From the NCBI GenBank assembly GCA_963744145.1, contig CAVUSO010000001.1, positions 7,296,001 through 7,360,000 on the forward strand: a DNA stretch of 64,000 nt, written 5' to 3'. How positions within the stretch are numbered: the stretch's first letter is position 1; every line of letters begins with the position of its first letter. A program made the position numbers and the translations under genes. Below, piece by piece: positions 19,768 to 33,421 of the stretch. Origin of the DNA: an uncultured cyanobacterium (lineage in GTDB: Bacteria; Cyanobacteriota; Cyanobacteriia; Cyanobacteriales; CAWUOF01). The notes beneath the pieces are model-generated. The model worked only from the letters and a program-made list of their open reading frames with translations. It was not told the origin of the DNA and did not search any database.

Positions 19768-22700
19768 TCAAATTGATGCTTGAAAGGGTAAGGATATCAC
19801 AAACTCGGAACCTTCCCCAAGCACAGAATTTACTGTAATGGTTCCTCCATGTTTATCAACCACAATTTGTCTGGCGATCGCGAGTCCCAATCCAGTTCCT
19901 TTCCCAACTGCTTTAGTCGTAAATAAATGGTCAAATATTTTGGTTCTGACGGTCTCATTCATCCCAATTCCATTATCAGCAATACTAATTTTTACTTGGT
20001 GATTATCGGCTGATGTTTTAATAGTAATTCGGCTAGGTTTTAACTTAATTTCCTCTAAACTACGTCTTTCATTTAAGTCACCTAAAGCATCAATTGCATT
20101 AGCAAGTATATTCATAAACACCTGATTTAACTGACCAGGAAAACACTCGATTTGTGGTAAATCACCAAATTCCTTTATTACCTCAATAGCGGGATATTTT
20201 TCATGACCTTTAAGACGATGTTTAAGAATTAAAATTGTACTTTCAATCCCTTCATGAATATTGAATAAAACTGGGTGATCTTGATCAGCCCGGGAAAAAG
20301 TTCTTAAGCTGGTACTAATATTTTTTAATCTATTACAAGCTATATTCATTGACTCAATCATCTGCGGTAAATCTGCGCTGATATAATTTAGATCAACTTC
20401 TGTAGCGTGTTCAATAATTTCTTCGCTCTGGTGAGGGAAAGTATCCTGGTATAGTTTTAGATGGTGGATAATATCAGCTACCGTAGTTTTAGTTTGTGCT
20501 AGAGTCGCAGCAATAAAGCCCAAGGGATTATTCATTTCATGAGCTATTCCAGCAACTAAGTTACCGAGAGCAGACATTTTTTCACTTTGCACAATTTGCA
20601 ATTGAGCTTGTTGTAAATCTTGGAGAGCTTGCTGTGCTTGTTGGTAGAGTCGAGCATTTTCTATGGATATAGCAGCTTGAGCAGAAAGTAAGTGAATAAC
20701 TTGCAAACGTTCTGGGGTAAATACTCCCGTAGTAATTCTATTTTCCAGATATAAAATCCCCAACTTATGACCTTGATGGAGAATTGATGTGCATAATCCA
20801 CTTTGGGGTTGATGTTGAAGAATATATTCGTCAGTTAGTCCTGAGATATTTGGTTGACATTTATCTATAATAACAGATTTGCCCGTATGTTTGACGTAAT
20901 TAATTATTTGACGCGGTATATATTCACAATGGTCAATTTCTTCAGTTACTAGGAGATTTTGAATCAGAGATGGTGAGCTTTTGTCTTGATTAATCATAGT
21001 AATTACTCGGACTTGCCAAATATTTTCTTGCCCCAGCATTAAGATTGCTTTTTTGGCTCCGGAATTTTCTAAGATAATTTTATTCAAATGTAGAATTAAT
21101 TGATCTAATTCAATATAACTAGAAATTACTTGCGCTGCTTTGATAATAGAGTTTAAATCAATTAAATCTGAAATACTGGTGCTACTATTTATGCTAGTAG
21201 TAAGATAATTCTCGATCGGAGTGGAATCATGGGTAACATTTGTAATAGTTTCCGCAGCATTCTGGTTAACTTGTCGTTGCGATCGGTTGGGTTTGAGTAG
21301 TTGAGCATATCGTTTTTCTAAGTCTGAGGTTTTAGCTTTTGCTCCCCATCGAGCATAGCAATAGTAAGCTTCTTGCATATAAACAGTAGCAACTTTTTCT
21401 TTACCCCATTCCAGGTAGAATTTAGCAGCTAGTTCATTAGCTAAAGCTTCATCTTGAATGAATTCATTTTCTTGGGATTTACCGATCGCCAGATCGTACA
21501 AATCGATCGCTTCTAAAAAATTTCCCTCCATCCGAGCTACTTCACCTTTGACCAGAGAAAACAGGTGGAGAAAATTCTCAGGACAATTATTAGCCCAAAT
21601 TTCCAGTCGATTTTGATAGGTAGATATTTTTTCTCTGTACTCGATTTTTCCGGTTGCAGATGCGTAGGGATATAGTGCGATCAGGAGGAGTGCATAGATA
21701 AATAGATGACGGATATATGGAAGTAAACCTTGTGGTGCTACGTTAATAATTTCTGCGTCAGCTTGTTGAGCATACTCAAATGCTTCACCATATCTTTCCT
21801 CAAAGAAAAGAAACTCGGTTTTTAAGATATTGTAAATACAAATTACTTGGGAGTTTTTATGTTGACGACACTCGGTTAAATATGCAGTTTCTGAAAATTC
21901 CTCATCTGGTGCAGATAACTCAGCCTTAATCTCCATAAATTCGGCAATAATTGCTTGACCACCTCGGAGCAAATCGATCGCCCATTGATTTTTATACTTC
22001 CGACTGAAAGCTAGAGAATCAGCAATTTCTGTCCAGAGATTTTCTAGAGCAAAGCTTTGATAAAATCGACAATACATATTATGCCCGAAAGCATAAGCTG
22101 CATATTGTAAGTTACTAGATTCTAAACCGACTCGATAGGAAGCAAGATAATCTTCCGTAGCTACTTTCAGGGGATGAGACCAATGTCTGAGGGAACTACC
22201 AATCATCAAATAGGCTACACTTTCAGCAGATTTATTATTAAAGCTTTGCATTAAATTCAGTGTTACCTGGAGCAATTCTCCTGTATTTTGGTAATTATTC
22301 AGAGCATATCCGCGCAAACTACCAAAAGCCGGATAAATATATCCAATTTCCGGTGTATTGCCATATTCCCAGCAGAGATTAACTGCTTTAGCACAAATAA
22401 CCGACCATAATTGTTGGTGGGAACGATAGGTAGGAGGTCCCATACTAATTAACAGTGCGATCGCCATTTTTGCTTCTGGATCGGTCATCATTGGTAACTG
22501 AGCTAAACAAGAGAAAGAGCGATTTTGTAAATGAGTTTCTACTATTGCTAATTCAGCATCTCTTGCTGCATGGAAATTTTCTTCAGGCAGATGTATATTA
22601 ATTAAAGCTAGAGCAGCACGACCTGCTTGAATCGCTTCTGGATATTCTGCCCGTAAAGTATACTGCACGATCGCCATTTTATATACTTCCGCTTTTTCCA

Positions 22701-25189
22701 TCGGTGTTCTGGCTTGTGCTAGGGTAAGTTCAAGCCAAACTTTAGCTGTCTCGAAATTCCCATTCAAATACTCAATTTCAGCTCGTTCTTTAGATAAAGC
22801 CAAACTCATTTCATAATGGGTTTCCCAACAGTTGGCTGGCAAAAGTTCGATGGCGGTGGTAATATAGGTATAAGCGGCTTCATAAGCAGTGGAAGTTTTA
22901 GCTTTGCGACCCGCTAATAAATTCAGTTGAACGAGTTCTTCTATTTGCGTTGGTTGAGTAATTAATGTACGGCTAATATTCAAATGATTGAGGATTTCAA
23001 ATAGACGCTCTTCCCGCTCAGTAGCTGGTAAATCATTGAGGAGCAAGGTGCCAATATGCAGGTGAGTAGCTTGTTTTTGCTCATCCGCAATGAGGGTATA
23101 GGGCAGCTTGTTGAATGCGATCGTGTAAAAATCTGTAAGAGACTACAATCGTTTGATTGGTTTGACTAATATCATGATTGTCTTGGAAAAACTTGTAAGT
23201 TTCATTGAGAGGAACAATTAATCCTTCTTGCAGCGCTTTCCACAATGCTGCTGCTGCGTTTATTTCCGAAATTTCTGCCACGATCGCGAGGGTATGCAAG
23301 TCAAATTGTGCCCCAATACAAGCCGCTAGTTTCAGAATTGTTTGAGTTGGTTGTGGGAGTTTCTGCAACTGGATTGCCATAAACTCTACCACATCATCGG
23401 TTAGGCTATGGGCTTTGATTTGACTAATATTGCACTGCCAATATCCTTCATCTCGGTTGAACTGAATTAAGCTATCTTGATGCAATGCTTTGATAAATTG
23501 AGTAGTAAAAAATGGATTACCTTGAGCTTTTTGATAGACTAATTCAGTTAATGGTTTAGCTAGGGGGCGATCGCAGTTCAAAGTTTCTGCGACTAAGTAG
23601 TTGATATCTTCTTTTCCCAAGGACTGTAATGTGATTGTGTTTACAGTTACCCCGTTTTTTTGGATTTCGTTTACTGTCAAAATCAATGGATGAACTGGTG
23701 ATACTTCGTTATCTCGATAGGCACCTAAAATTAATAGGTGACCAGCCTCACTCATTAGTAATTCTAATAGCTTAAGCGAGGCAGAATCTGCCCACTGTAA
23801 GTCGTCTAAAAAAATTACCAAAGGATGGTCAACCTTAGTAAATACTTGGACAAATTTTTGAAATAATAGATTAAAGCGGTTTTGAGCAGCACTACCTGAT
23901 AGCTCTAAAGCGGTTGGTTGAGGGCCAATTAGTTCTTCTAATTCGGGAATCACCTCAATCATAATTTGTCCATTTTCTCCTAATGCTGCGCCAATTTTGG
24001 TTTTCCATTGATTTAGTTGGGCATCAGTTTCACACAGCAACTGCTTGATTAAGTCTCGAAACGCTTGGACGAAAGCACTAAACGGGATATTGCGGTTCAA
24101 TTGGTCGAATTTCCCTTTAATGAAATAACCCCTTTGTTTAACGATCGGTTTATGTACTTCATTGACTACTGCTGTTTTCCCAATCCCAGAAAATCCTGCG
24201 ACTAGTAGGATTTCTGGATGTCCCATGGACGTGCGGGTGAAAGTATCCATTAATAGCTGGATTTCCTGTTCCCGACCATAGAGTTTTTCCGGGATGAGGA
24301 ACCGCTCTGATGAGTCCCGGTGGGCGAGGGCAAACTGAGTAATTTTACCTGTTTCTTCCAGTTGCTGTAGACAAATTTCTAAATCATGCTGAAGTCCTAA
24401 AGCACTCTGATAGCGGTCTTCAGCATTTTTTGCCATCAGTTTCATCACTAGCTCTGATAGCAAGGGTGGTACGAGGGGATTCCACTGGGTCAATTCTGGA
24501 GGTTTACCCGCGATGTGACAGTGGACTAACTCCATTGGTTCTTTGGACCCGAAAGGCAATTTCCCTGTTAATAATTGGTAGAAAGTTACTCCCAAAGAAT
24601 AGTAGTCACTCCGATAATCGATCCCGCGATTCATCCGTCCGGTTTGCTCTGGTGAAATATAAGCTAGAGTCCCTTCGAGGATATTTGGACTTTGAATTTC
24701 CAGGGTTTCTCTCGGTAATAAGGAAGCGATCGAAAAGTCAATCAGTTTGATTTGGTGAGTGGTGGGGTTAATCAGAATATTAGCGGGTTTGATATCTTTG
24801 TGAATAACTCGCTTAGTGTGTAACTGATGTAGAGTTTTGGCGATTTGGAGCGCGATCGGCAGAAACTGAGCGATCGTCAGCGGTTTGTATTCAGTGAATT
24901 GCTCTAGTGAAATACCTCCAAAGTCTTCCATTACCAGCGCATATCTCCCTTGTTCAGCCTCCAAGCTGTAAGGTTTGATAATGCTGGGAATATCTAAGTT
25001 TCGCATAATTGTATATTGGTTGCGAAATTGAACTAACTCGCTAAAAGAAGGATATTCATATCGCCATATTTTGATCACTACTGATTGGGAATTTTTTTCT
25101 CTCCTTGCTCGATATACCAATGTTTTGGAGCCGATATGAATTAGTTCGATAATTTGATAATCGGAGATTTGCGGTAAGTTAATGAGCAT
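19768..25189 (-). pseudogene. Ser/Thr kinase - AAA ATPase - GAF - histidine kinase multidomain sensor, +1 frameshift at 23101-23103
   Basis: HKDIKPAN, GFSGIGKT, LDDLQWAD, a GAF domain, HEMNNPL and GKGTGLGL. Deleting one C gives HDRIQQAAYTLIADEQKQATHL. Confidence 0.9.
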
Positions 25190-25374
25190 GGTTAATTTAT
25201 CAGTTACTAAATGTCAGTAAATATCATCAAAATTTAGCTGTTTTTTATCAGACAGACTCAGAATTTTTGGTAGCTAACTATGCCATATATAATTCTTTAG
25301 TGATACTATTGGTGTTGAGTTTCTAGTTGATAGCTATAATCAGGGAAATCGAGTTTTAGCTAAGTTTGATGGAA

Positions 25375-25470
25375 AACCTAACCCTCCAACCCCCTTCCCG
25401 ACAAGACAAGGGGGAGAATTAAGAACTCATGCTCCCCTTTCCTCTTAGGAGAGGGGCTGGGGGAGCGGTC
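25375..25470. repeat. G/C-run REP-like repeat
   Basis: ACCTAACCC..CCCCTTCCC..GGGGGAG ... CTCCCCTTTCCTCTTAGGAGAGGGG(C/T)TGGGGGAG, shared with 51579-51703. Confidence 0.75.
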
Positions 25471-25909
25471 AGTTTTCTATTATAATTATCTTGAATAATA
25501 TAAGCAATACCTCTTGCCTGATTTTTTTTATTTGGAATTTTTCGAGAGGATGGTTAAATCAAAATATCCTAACCTTTGTATCGATCGCTAAAAACATTAG
25601 CTCATTCAATTGAACAATTTTTATTTTAAAAAAGTAATTATCGCTAGTGATCATGGGTGATTATTTGAGGAATAAATTAAGGTAAATAGGGCGATCGCTG
25701 CTCAATTTTGCTAGTAATTTTGCTGGATGTTGTCTGTCTATAATTATACCAATTTCCTCAATGAGTCTTAAAGATGGTCTAATAATTAAGGCTCTCACAT
25801 GGGAAATTTAAGGTGACAGCAAATCCAAAAATTTGGTGGCAAGCGATCACACTCATCCGGAACAATCAACTCAAGGCATTACTTTCCTAGCTCAATCAGG
25901 TGAATAAAT

Positions 25910-26521
25910 CTAGAAAATTTTAGCAGTGTGAGCGATAGGATCAAACTCAAAGCGTTGGGAGTGGTGAGTTTCTCCATAGATATTGAAGGTGACAGTTGGT
26001 TCATTACCTAGGGTTTCAATTGAATGAATCGCTCCGGGAGTAAAACTGATGATATCCCCTGGTAACAAGATCACATCCGTTACCTGTTCCACCCGATCGG
26101 GAAACTGGGGATGAGGAACTCGTTTCCAGATGGTATTTTTTTCTTCCCCTCGGAGTATGGCAACAATACCCCAATTTCCGTGATTGTGAACAGCGAATTT
26201 TATCCCCGGTAAGTAGGTAGTAATTTGCACGGTCAGGGGATAGCCAATTTCGTCGTAAAGCATAATCACCCCAGTACCTAGATGGGGTAAAGGTTCTATG
26301 TACTGAGTCTGAATCCAGTAAGAATTGGTAATCAATCGGCGCACGATCAGCCTGAGTTGAGGTAAACAATCGGTCTCGTCGATTGCTGCTTCCAATACAT
26401 CTTCCACTTCTGTCAAAAAGCGATGAAACCGATAAGATGTCCGCAGTAAATCCCACTCTCTAGCAGATTTACAAACCTGGCACTCCCCTGTCTCTGTGAC
26501 TAACAAATCTCTATATTTCAT
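25910..26521 (-). CDS. Cupin-fold protein, cysteine dioxygenase-like
   Basis: Metal motifs HNHGNWG..ILRGEE and GAIHSIE; ends FNIYG. Confidence 0.8.
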   Translation of the reverse strand: MKYRDLLVTETGECQVCKSAREWDLLRTSYRFHRFLTEVEDVLEAAIDETDCLPQLRLIVRRLITNSYWIQTQYIEPLPHLGTGVIMLYDEIGYPLTVQITTYLPGIKFAVHNHGNWGIVAILRGEEKNTIWKRVPHPQFPDRVEQVTDVILLPGDIISFTPGAIHSIETLGNEPTVTFNIYGETHHSQRFEFDPIAHTAKIF

Positions 26522-27246
26522 GGAAATCTAATCAATATTGAGTTAAATCCAATCTATAATTAGAACATAAAGTTGCTTGATTTAGTATTATTTTTAACCA
26601 ATTGCATTTGTAGTTACAGTATCGAAATCAGATTTTTATTATGGCTGTAGTAGGCTGCCACGCTGATCCCAACTCCTGGAGTTAGAAAACTCTATAGTTA
26701 AAAAATTGTTAATTAATATTTTTTTAATATTTTCTAAATTATGAATAATTGTATCTATCCAAGTTTTTTTTGGGTTTTTTGTATATTATTATACATTTTC
26801 GTTTAAAGAGGGTAATTTTTACCTACTCATTGAGTACAATCAATGATCATGGCAAAATTGCTGAAAAAAAATTCTTCAACTCAAGGATTGATAAGGGTTG
26901 AGCTTGAGTACAAAAATGCCTGCTTGATTCTTAATAAATACTAGCCATCTAGCCCTAAAATACTCGCACCTGTATCTATAAAAAAGTTTCAATACTGTGA
27001 GGATAAGGATTTGAGACTGTGAGTACAGCCTTAATCAGTTTAATTAGTTTTAATCCGAGCTAGAAACAAGGTGATCAAAATCGGTAGCTGTTATAACAAA
27101 AATGTGAATTAAACAAACTCTGTTACCAAAATCAAGGTATGGAGATCCCAGAATTCTGTAAGTTCTTTGCAGATATGGCTCAACTAGCTAACTATTCACA
27201 GGGCTAAAATGTTTTAAATTCAACCCCAAAAAAAGAGGACCGGAAT

Positions 27247-27879
27247 ATGTTGAAAGCATCTGATATTATGAGTCAAGACGTTGCTACTATTCGTGGATCA
27301 GCAACAATAGCGGAAGCAGTAAAACTGATGAGACTAAAAAATTTGCGGGCACTAATTGTCGATATCCGCAACCAACAAGATGCTTATGGAGTAATTACTC
27401 AGACGGATATAGTCAATAAGGTCGTTGCTTATGGAAAAGACTTAGAAAAAGTCCGCGTCTATGAGATTATGACCAAACCTTGTATTGTGGTTAATCCTAA
27501 TCTGCAAGTTGAATATGTAGCACGGTTATTTGCCAACACAGGTATTCGTGTTGCTCCAGTAATCAGTGGTGAGTTAATAGGTATTATTACTCAAACTGAT
27601 ATTCTCTTTAAAGGTGACTTTCTCGAAAATCCCAAAGTTCCTTTGCTGCAACGTGAATTAGCAAAAGCGATCGAGAATGCTAAATCAATTTCAGCTACGA
27701 AGGGAATTACTGCTCAGGAAGCGATTGATGCTTGGACTTTAGCAGAAGATTTGGAAGCAGAAGCTATTTACCAAGAAGGAATTCAGCCGAAGGAAAAAAC
27801 AGCTTTTCAAGAATACTGTGAAGCAAATCCATCCGTTTTACAAGCTCGACATAAAGTTTTGGTATCAACTGGATCTTAA
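27247..27879 (+). CDS. CBS-pair / CP12 fusion protein
   Basis: Two CBS domains, then a CP12-like tail AWTLAEDLEAE...AFQEYCEANP. Upstream RBS AGAGG. Confidence 0.85.
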   Translation: MLKASDIMSQDVATIRGSATIAEAVKLMRLKNLRALIVDIRNQQDAYGVITQTDIVNKVVAYGKDLEKVRVYEIMTKPCIVVNPNLQVEYVARLFANTGIRVAPVISGELIGIITQTDILFKGDFLENPKVPLLQRELAKAIENAKSISATKGITAQEAIDAWTLAEDLEAEAIYQEGIQPKEKTAFQEYCEANPSVLQARHKVLVSTGS

Positions 27880-27934
27880 GCAGAGCAACTGTTCCTTAAC
27901 ATCTGAACCAACCTGTTCAGTAGAACTTCAGCAA

Positions 27935-28000
27935 AGAAACCGGGTTTCTGTGAAAAATTCCCAGTTTGTCACCAGTGTAATCTGGAGAAACCCAGTTTCT
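27935..28000. repeat. AGAAACCGGGTTTCT palindromic repeat pair
   Basis: AGAAACCGGGTTTCT at 27935 and AGAAACCCAGTTTCT at 27986, between convergent genes. Confidence 0.65.
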
Positions 28001-28127
28001 AGTCTCGGATTACAGCAGCTCACTCTAGTCAACAAAGAACGATTTCAGGAATTATCTAGCACGGGTGAGAGATCCTCTCTTGTCCGAGCTTAAATGTTAT
28101 TTAAGTTTGAGATTCCATTCAATGGTA

Positions 28128-28649
28128 CTACTTATATTTATTTAACCACTTTTGTTTCAGCACTAAGATTTTTTTATCAATCTTAGGAAAAATAACCGCT
28201 AAACCTTGAATTAAAGTTGAGGGAATTTGGATTAAATCTACGAACAAGTTTTCTGTTTTCCCATAGAATTTGATAATCTTGACAACTCGATCAGAAAAAA
28301 TTAACCTGGACAACCAATAAACCTTAGTATATTTGACCCGATCGCAAAAAATATACAATTCTTCTACTGGCTCGGTCCAATTGACCAATATTTTATTTGC
28401 ATAAAGCAAATTGTGAACAGTGGTCATCGCTTCTTCTTCTAGCACTAAATTGACCTGATCCGTGCGATCGCTGATCAGTTGTGCCATCAACTTCGCTTCG
28501 GAGATCTGATCATTACAAGTGTAGCCTCCGCTCAAGATCAACGTAGATAGGTGTTCTTGAGTCACATAGTCAACTACAGAATTAATGTAATTTTTTATAT
28601 TTTCATTTAAAGTATTACCGTAACCACAAACAATTGCTATTTTTGTCAT
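28128..28649 (-). CDS. YdcF/DUF218 family protein
   Basis: LILSGG...SEAKLM...LEEEAMTTVHN pattern. Confidence 0.75.
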   Translation of the reverse strand: MTKIAIVCGYGNTLNENIKNYINSVVDYVTQEHLSTLILSGGYTCNDQISEAKLMAQLISDRTDQVNLVLEEEAMTTVHNLLYANKILVNWTEPVEELYIFCDRVKYTKVYWLSRLIFSDRVVKIIKFYGKTENLFVDLIQIPSTLIQGLAVIFPKIDKKILVLKQKWLNKYK

Positions 28650-28964
28650 TACTTTTTGTTAAAAAATTAGAAGATTTACATAGCCCAGGAAAAATGGCCT
28701 ATTGTCCAAATATAGACTAATTTGGCTATTTTAACAAATCTCTGGCGATTGCCATCTGGATTTACTCAGTTCACCATCTAGAAAAAAAAGATCACAGGTG
28801 GGCTTAAATAAATTGGGTAGACCAAAATAAATAATCGGTGAATTAAGAAGATAAGTAATCGGTAATTATAAATTATCAGTTACCGATTGGTGCAGCAATT
28901 TCCCAATTTTTCCCTCGTTAAATTCCTGAGCTAACCCTAATCCTCGTTGACCGATTTTTAAACA

Positions 28965-31667
28965 TCAATTTTCAATTAATGGTGATTGCACCAATTCAAT
29001 CATACCTTTCTCATCAAATTCCGCTGCTAATTCCAATAATTTTTGAGCAAATGGGGCATACTCAGGAGCAAGTGTTTGAATCCGTCTTGCTTCTTTTTCT
29101 ACTTCTTCAATATCTCCAATTTTCAGAGCTGCATAGATTTTTTCTAATTCAGTTTCTGAGGGTAAGGTCAATCCTGGTAATGTAGATTCTGATGGATGGA
29201 TATTATCATCTAATTGTTCTCTTTCCCACTGCAATTTCAGCAATTTTTCTAATTTGATGAATAACTGAGACATATCTACTGGTTTGGACAGAAAATCATT
29301 ACAGCCAATCGCGAGAGCTTTTCCTTCATCAGCACTAGAAACACTAGCACTACAAGCAATAATGGGAAGTTCTCGTTGAGAATATAATTGACGAACTTGC
29401 TGAGTAAATTCATATCCATCCATGATGGGCATCGCAATATCAGTAATTACTAAATCTGGATTAATTTCTTTGACTTGTGCTAATCCTTTAGCTCCATCTT
29501 CTGCTTCATCAATGAGAAAACCTACACTTTTTAATACTTCCGATATCACCATCCGATTTACTTCCTTATCATCGATAATTAAAATTCTTCTTTTTTCACC
29601 ACTGTAGCCAATAATTTTACTATTATTACCTATAGTCGCCGCATTAATCCATTTATCGGAAATCGGAAAATCAACTTCAAACCAAAAGGTACTACCTTGT
29701 CCTTGATGACTAATAACTTGAATTTTACTATTCATCATGGTGATTAATTGGAGACAGATTGTTAATCCTAATCCTGTACCTTCTGCACGTTTAGAACTAT
29801 TACCTACCTGTTCAAAAGGTAAAAATATTTTCTCTAATTGTGCTGGAGTCATCCCCACTCCCGTATCAGCGATCGTAAATTTGATTTTCACAGTTTCTGG
29901 GGTTCCACTTAATACTTGGACGTGAAAAGTTACATTACCCCGTTCCGTAAATTTAATGGCATTACCTAAAATATTAATTAATATTTGACGTAACCGTTTT
30001 TCATCAGCACATACTCCACTGGGTAAATCCAAATCGGGTAAATAATAAAAATTTAGGTCTTTTGCTTCAGCTCGAACTCGACTAATTTCTGCTACTCCAG
30101 ATAGAAAAGAAGGTAAATGAAAATCTTTCGGTGCTAATTCCATTTTTCTGGCTTCAATCTTCGCCAGATCAAGTATATCATTAATTAAAGTCAGTAAATG
30201 GGAACCAGCTTGTTCAATCACATCAATTCCTTTTCTTTGTTTAGGAGTTAAATCTTGGGAGCGTTGAAAAATTTGAGCATAACCGAGAATTCCATTCAAA
30301 GGTGTGCGTAATTCATGGCTCATATTTGCCAAAAATTCGCTTTTAGCTTGGTTAGCAGAATCAGCAATTTCTTTGGCTTTTTGTAATTCTATTGTCCGCT
30401 CTGCTACCCGTTTTTCTAAGGCTGAGTTATTTGCTTCTAAGGTATTAAATGATTCTTGTAATTGCATAGCCATTTGATTAAAACAATCAGCTAATATTTC
30501 TAATTCTTTGATGATTGAACCTGGAACTTGTTGGGACAAGTGACCATTAGCTAAAGCTTGATAGGCTAAAGTTAAACGATTGACTGGTTTTTGAATGACT
30601 CGAGCTGTAATAATTCCCAATCCCGTCGCGATCGCTAGTGCGATTATACACAAAATCACGGTACTGGTAGTGTTAATATAAATTTGTCCCATAAAATCAT
30701 CTTCAGGTACAACTACAACAATTAACCAATCCAGACCATTATTGTCTTGATAAGGTAAAACCTGTAAAAATAGTTCTTTACCATTAAGCTTAAATTCTAA
30801 CTGTTTATTTCCGCGAATTTTCGAGAAATTACCAAAGTAATTACTTAAATACTGCTTGATAGTTTCGATCTGGTTTAATGAATCAGAAGAGGCTTTTTCA
30901 GGTTGGGAACTAGCTACTAATTTACCATTATTAGTGATAATAAATGTCTCTCCAGTTTTGCCAATTTTTAAAGTTCTCAAAAATTTGCTAATATCTGATA
31001 AACTTAGGTCTGCACCAATCACACCTACGGGATGATTCTGATGATCATAAACTGGAGTTGCATAGGTAGTTCTGAGTATACCGTAGTTAAAACCAGTATA
31101 AATATCCCCCCATTTAGGTTTACCACTATGGATAGAAACACTATACCAAGGACGTACTCGCGGATCATAATTTGGAGCTGTTTTCAATATCTTATTTGTT
31201 AAGTGACCTTGTTGATCTGGAGCATAATAATTAAAATTGTGATTCGTCATTTCATCAGCGATTTGAATATAAAATCCTTTTTCGTTATCGAATCTACCTA
31301 CACCAAAATATCTGCCCTGTTCATTGCCAAAATTAACATTAGTAATTGTTGGAAATAATTGCACTTGATTCCAAAAAAAAAGCTCCATACTCCGGGGTTT
31401 TTTGGGATCGATCCAACCAGCTTTAATTGCATGAAATACATTGTCATTGATGATTTTTGGTACAACTAAAAAGCTGGTTAAATGTTGCTCAATTCTGTTA
31501 CTAATTTCACTTCTTAGCTGAGTAGCCAAATCGTTAACGGCAATTTTACCATTTCTTAATGATAACCACCCAACTAATCCTACGGCTGTAAATATTTCCA
31601 TGAGAAATGGGATAATTAACATCAGATTAAGGGGCAATTTTCCGAGGTTTTTTTTGATGTTGTTCAT
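28965..31667 (-). CDS. Hybrid sensor histidine kinase (Cache-HAMP-HisKA-HATPase-REC)
   Basis: Two TM helices, [25 protein letters not shown] and receiver ITDIAMP. Confidence 0.93.
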   Translation of the reverse strand: MNNIKKNLGKLPLNLMLIIPFLMEIFTAVGLVGWLSLRNGKIAVNDLATQLRSEISNRIEQHLTSFLVVPKIINDNVFHAIKAGWIDPKKPRSMELFFWNQVQLFPTITNVNFGNEQGRYFGVGRFDNEKGFYIQIADEMTNHNFNYYAPDQQGHLTNKILKTAPNYDPRVRPWYSVSIHSGKPKWGDIYTGFNYGILRTTYATPVYDHQNHPVGVIGADLSLSDISKFLRTLKIGKTGETFIITNNGKLVASSQPEKASSDSLNQIETIKQYLSNYFGNFSKIRGNKQLEFKLNGKELFLQVLPYQDNNGLDWLIVVVVPEDDFMGQIYINTTSTVILCIIALAIATGLGIITARVIQKPVNRLTLAYQALANGHLSQQVPGSIIKELEILADCFNQMAMQLQESFNTLEANNSALEKRVAERTIELQKAKEIADSANQAKSEFLANMSHELRTPLNGILGYAQIFQRSQDLTPKQRKGIDVIEQAGSHLLTLINDILDLAKIEARKMELAPKDFHLPSFLSGVAEISRVRAEAKDLNFYYLPDLDLPSGVCADEKRLRQILINILGNAIKFTERGNVTFHVQVLSGTPETVKIKFTIADTGVGMTPAQLEKIFLPFEQVGNSSKRAEGTGLGLTICLQLITMMNSKIQVISHQGQGSTFWFEVDFPISDKWINAATIGNNSKIIGYSGEKRRILIIDDKEVNRMVISEVLKSVGFLIDEAEDGAKGLAQVKEINPDLVITDIAMPIMDGYEFTQQVRQLYSQRELPIIACSASVSSADEGKALAIGCNDFLSKPVDMSQLFIKLEKLLKLQWEREQLDDNIHPSESTLPGLTLPSETELEKIYAALKIGDIEEVEKEARRIQTLAPEYAPFAQKLLELAAEFDEKGMIELVQSPLIEN

Positions 31668-31696
31668 AAGAAATTTGCTGAATATGATTATTGATA

Positions 31697-33397
31697 TTAT
31701 ATTTCTGATTGGTATAACAATTGGAAAATTTCTTCCTCGTTAAATTCCTGAGCTAACTCTAAGATTTTTTGCCCAAAAGAAACATATTCATGGGCCAGTT
31801 CTTGGAGCCGTTGTGCTTCTCTTTCTACGATGTCAATGTCACCAATTTTCAGAGCTGCTTGTAAAATTTCTAATTCAGTTGTTGGCGGTATAATTAGAAC
31901 TGTCGATGGAGATACTGCAATTGGTTGAGCTGGATCTAATTGTTCCCGTTCCCACTCCAATTGTAAAAATTTTTGCAGTTTCACAAATAACTGTTCCATT
32001 TCCACCGGTTTAGGTAAGAAATCATTACATCCAGCAGCGATCGCTTTTCCTTCATCAGCACTAGAAACACTAGCACTAGAAGCAATTATGGGGATGGTTT
32101 GAGAATAATTCTGACGTACTTGTTGAATGAACTCATAACCATCCATCACGGGCATAGCTATATCTGTAATAATTAAATCTGGTTGATTTTCTCGGAGTTG
32201 CTCTAATCCTTGGGCTCCATTCTCAGCTTCAATCATTATAAAACCTACATTTTTCAAGACTTCAGCTACTACTAAACGATTGACTTCTTTATCATCAACC
32301 ACCAAGATAGTTCTTGGTTTACCTTGGTAACCAACGATTTTACTATTATTATCTGTAGTTGCAGCACTAATCCACCCTTGGGACAGGGGAAAATCAACTT
32401 CAAACCAAAAGGTACTCCCCTGATTAAAGGTACTACTCACTTGAATTTTACTATTCATCATTGCTACCAATTGACAGCAAATTGTTAATCCTAACCCGGT
32501 TCCTTCCGCACGTTTGGTTGCACTACCTACCTGTTCAAATGGTAAAAATATTTTCTCGAGCTGTTCCGGAGTCATTCCTACTCCTGTATCATCGATCGTA
32601 AACCGGATTTTTACAATTTCTTCGATCTGATTTAAGACTTGGACTTTAAAAGTTACATTACCTTGGATAGTAAATTTAATCGCATTACCTAATAAATTAA
32701 TTAATACTTGACGGAGAGGTTTTTCATCCGCTAATACTCCGCTAGGTAAATTTGCATCTGGTAAGTAATAGAAATTAATATCTTTTGCTTCAGCCCGAAC
32801 CCGACTAATTTCGGCTACTCCAGATAAAAAAGAAGGTAAATGGAAGTCTTTGGGGAGCAATTCCATTTTCCTTGCTTCAATTTTTGCTAGATCCAAAATA
32901 TCATTAATTAATGTGAGTAAATGTAACCCAGCTTGTTCAATAACATCGATTCCTTTTCGTTGTTTCGGATTTAAGTCTTGAGCGCGTTGAAAAATTTGGG
33001 TGTAACCGAGAATCCCATTTAATGGTGTGCGTAATTCATGGCTCATATTTGCCAGAAATTCACTTTTAGCTTGGTTCGCTTGATCAGCAATTTCTTTAGC
33101 TTGTTGTAATTCTATTGTACGTTCAGCTACCCGTATTTCTAAGTCTGAGTTAGTTGCTTCTAAGGTATTAAATGATTTTTGTAATTGAGTAGCCATTTGA
33201 TTAAAACAATTGGCTAATATTGCTAATTCTTTGATATTTGAACCAGGTACTTTTTCCTCTAATTGACCATGAGCAAGTGCTTGATATGCTTCACTCAAGC
33301 GATAAATTGGTTTTTGAATCGCTCTAGCTGTGAAAATTCCTAATCCCGTCGCGATCGCATCTGTTAGAATCGAGAAGTAATCCTTACTAAAAATCAA
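31697..33397 (-). CDS. Paralogous hybrid histidine kinase lacking the N-terminal sensor (truncated at HIP1 33351-33358); possibly a pseudogene
   Basis: HAMP-HisKA-HATPase-REC closely resembles the neighbouring kinase. Similarity stops at GCGATCGC. TTG start. Confidence 0.8.
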   Translation of the reverse strand: MIFSKDYFSILTDAIATGLGIFTARAIQKPIYRLSEAYQALAHGQLEEKVPGSNIKELAILANCFNQMATQLQKSFNTLEATNSDLEIRVAERTIELQQAKEIADQANQAKSEFLANMSHELRTPLNGILGYTQIFQRAQDLNPKQRKGIDVIEQAGLHLLTLINDILDLAKIEARKMELLPKDFHLPSFLSGVAEISRVRAEAKDINFYYLPDANLPSGVLADEKPLRQVLINLLGNAIKFTIQGNVTFKVQVLNQIEEIVKIRFTIDDTGVGMTPEQLEKIFLPFEQVGSATKRAEGTGLGLTICCQLVAMMNSKIQVSSTFNQGSTFWFEVDFPLSQGWISAATTDNNSKIVGYQGKPRTILVVDDKEVNRLVVAEVLKNVGFIMIEAENGAQGLEQLRENQPDLIITDIAMPVMDGYEFIQQVRQNYSQTIPIIASSASVSSADEGKAIAAGCNDFLPKPVEMEQLFVKLQKFLQLEWEREQLDPAQPIAVSPSTVLIIPPTTELEILQAALKIGDIDIVEREAQRLQELAHEYVSFGQKILELAQEFNEEEIFQLLYQSEI

Positions 33398-33421
33398 TCG
33401 AAAATAAGGGTATATATCAAA

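Noticed and set aside
26780..26795. NtcA-like box TGTA-N8-TACA between the cupin and CBS-CP12 genes
   Set aside because: The context is extremely AT-rich and there is no properly spaced -10 element, so it may be chance.
27818..28093. 91-aa ORF
   Set aside because: It overlaps the CBS-CP12 end and runs through a palindromic repeat, with no protein features.
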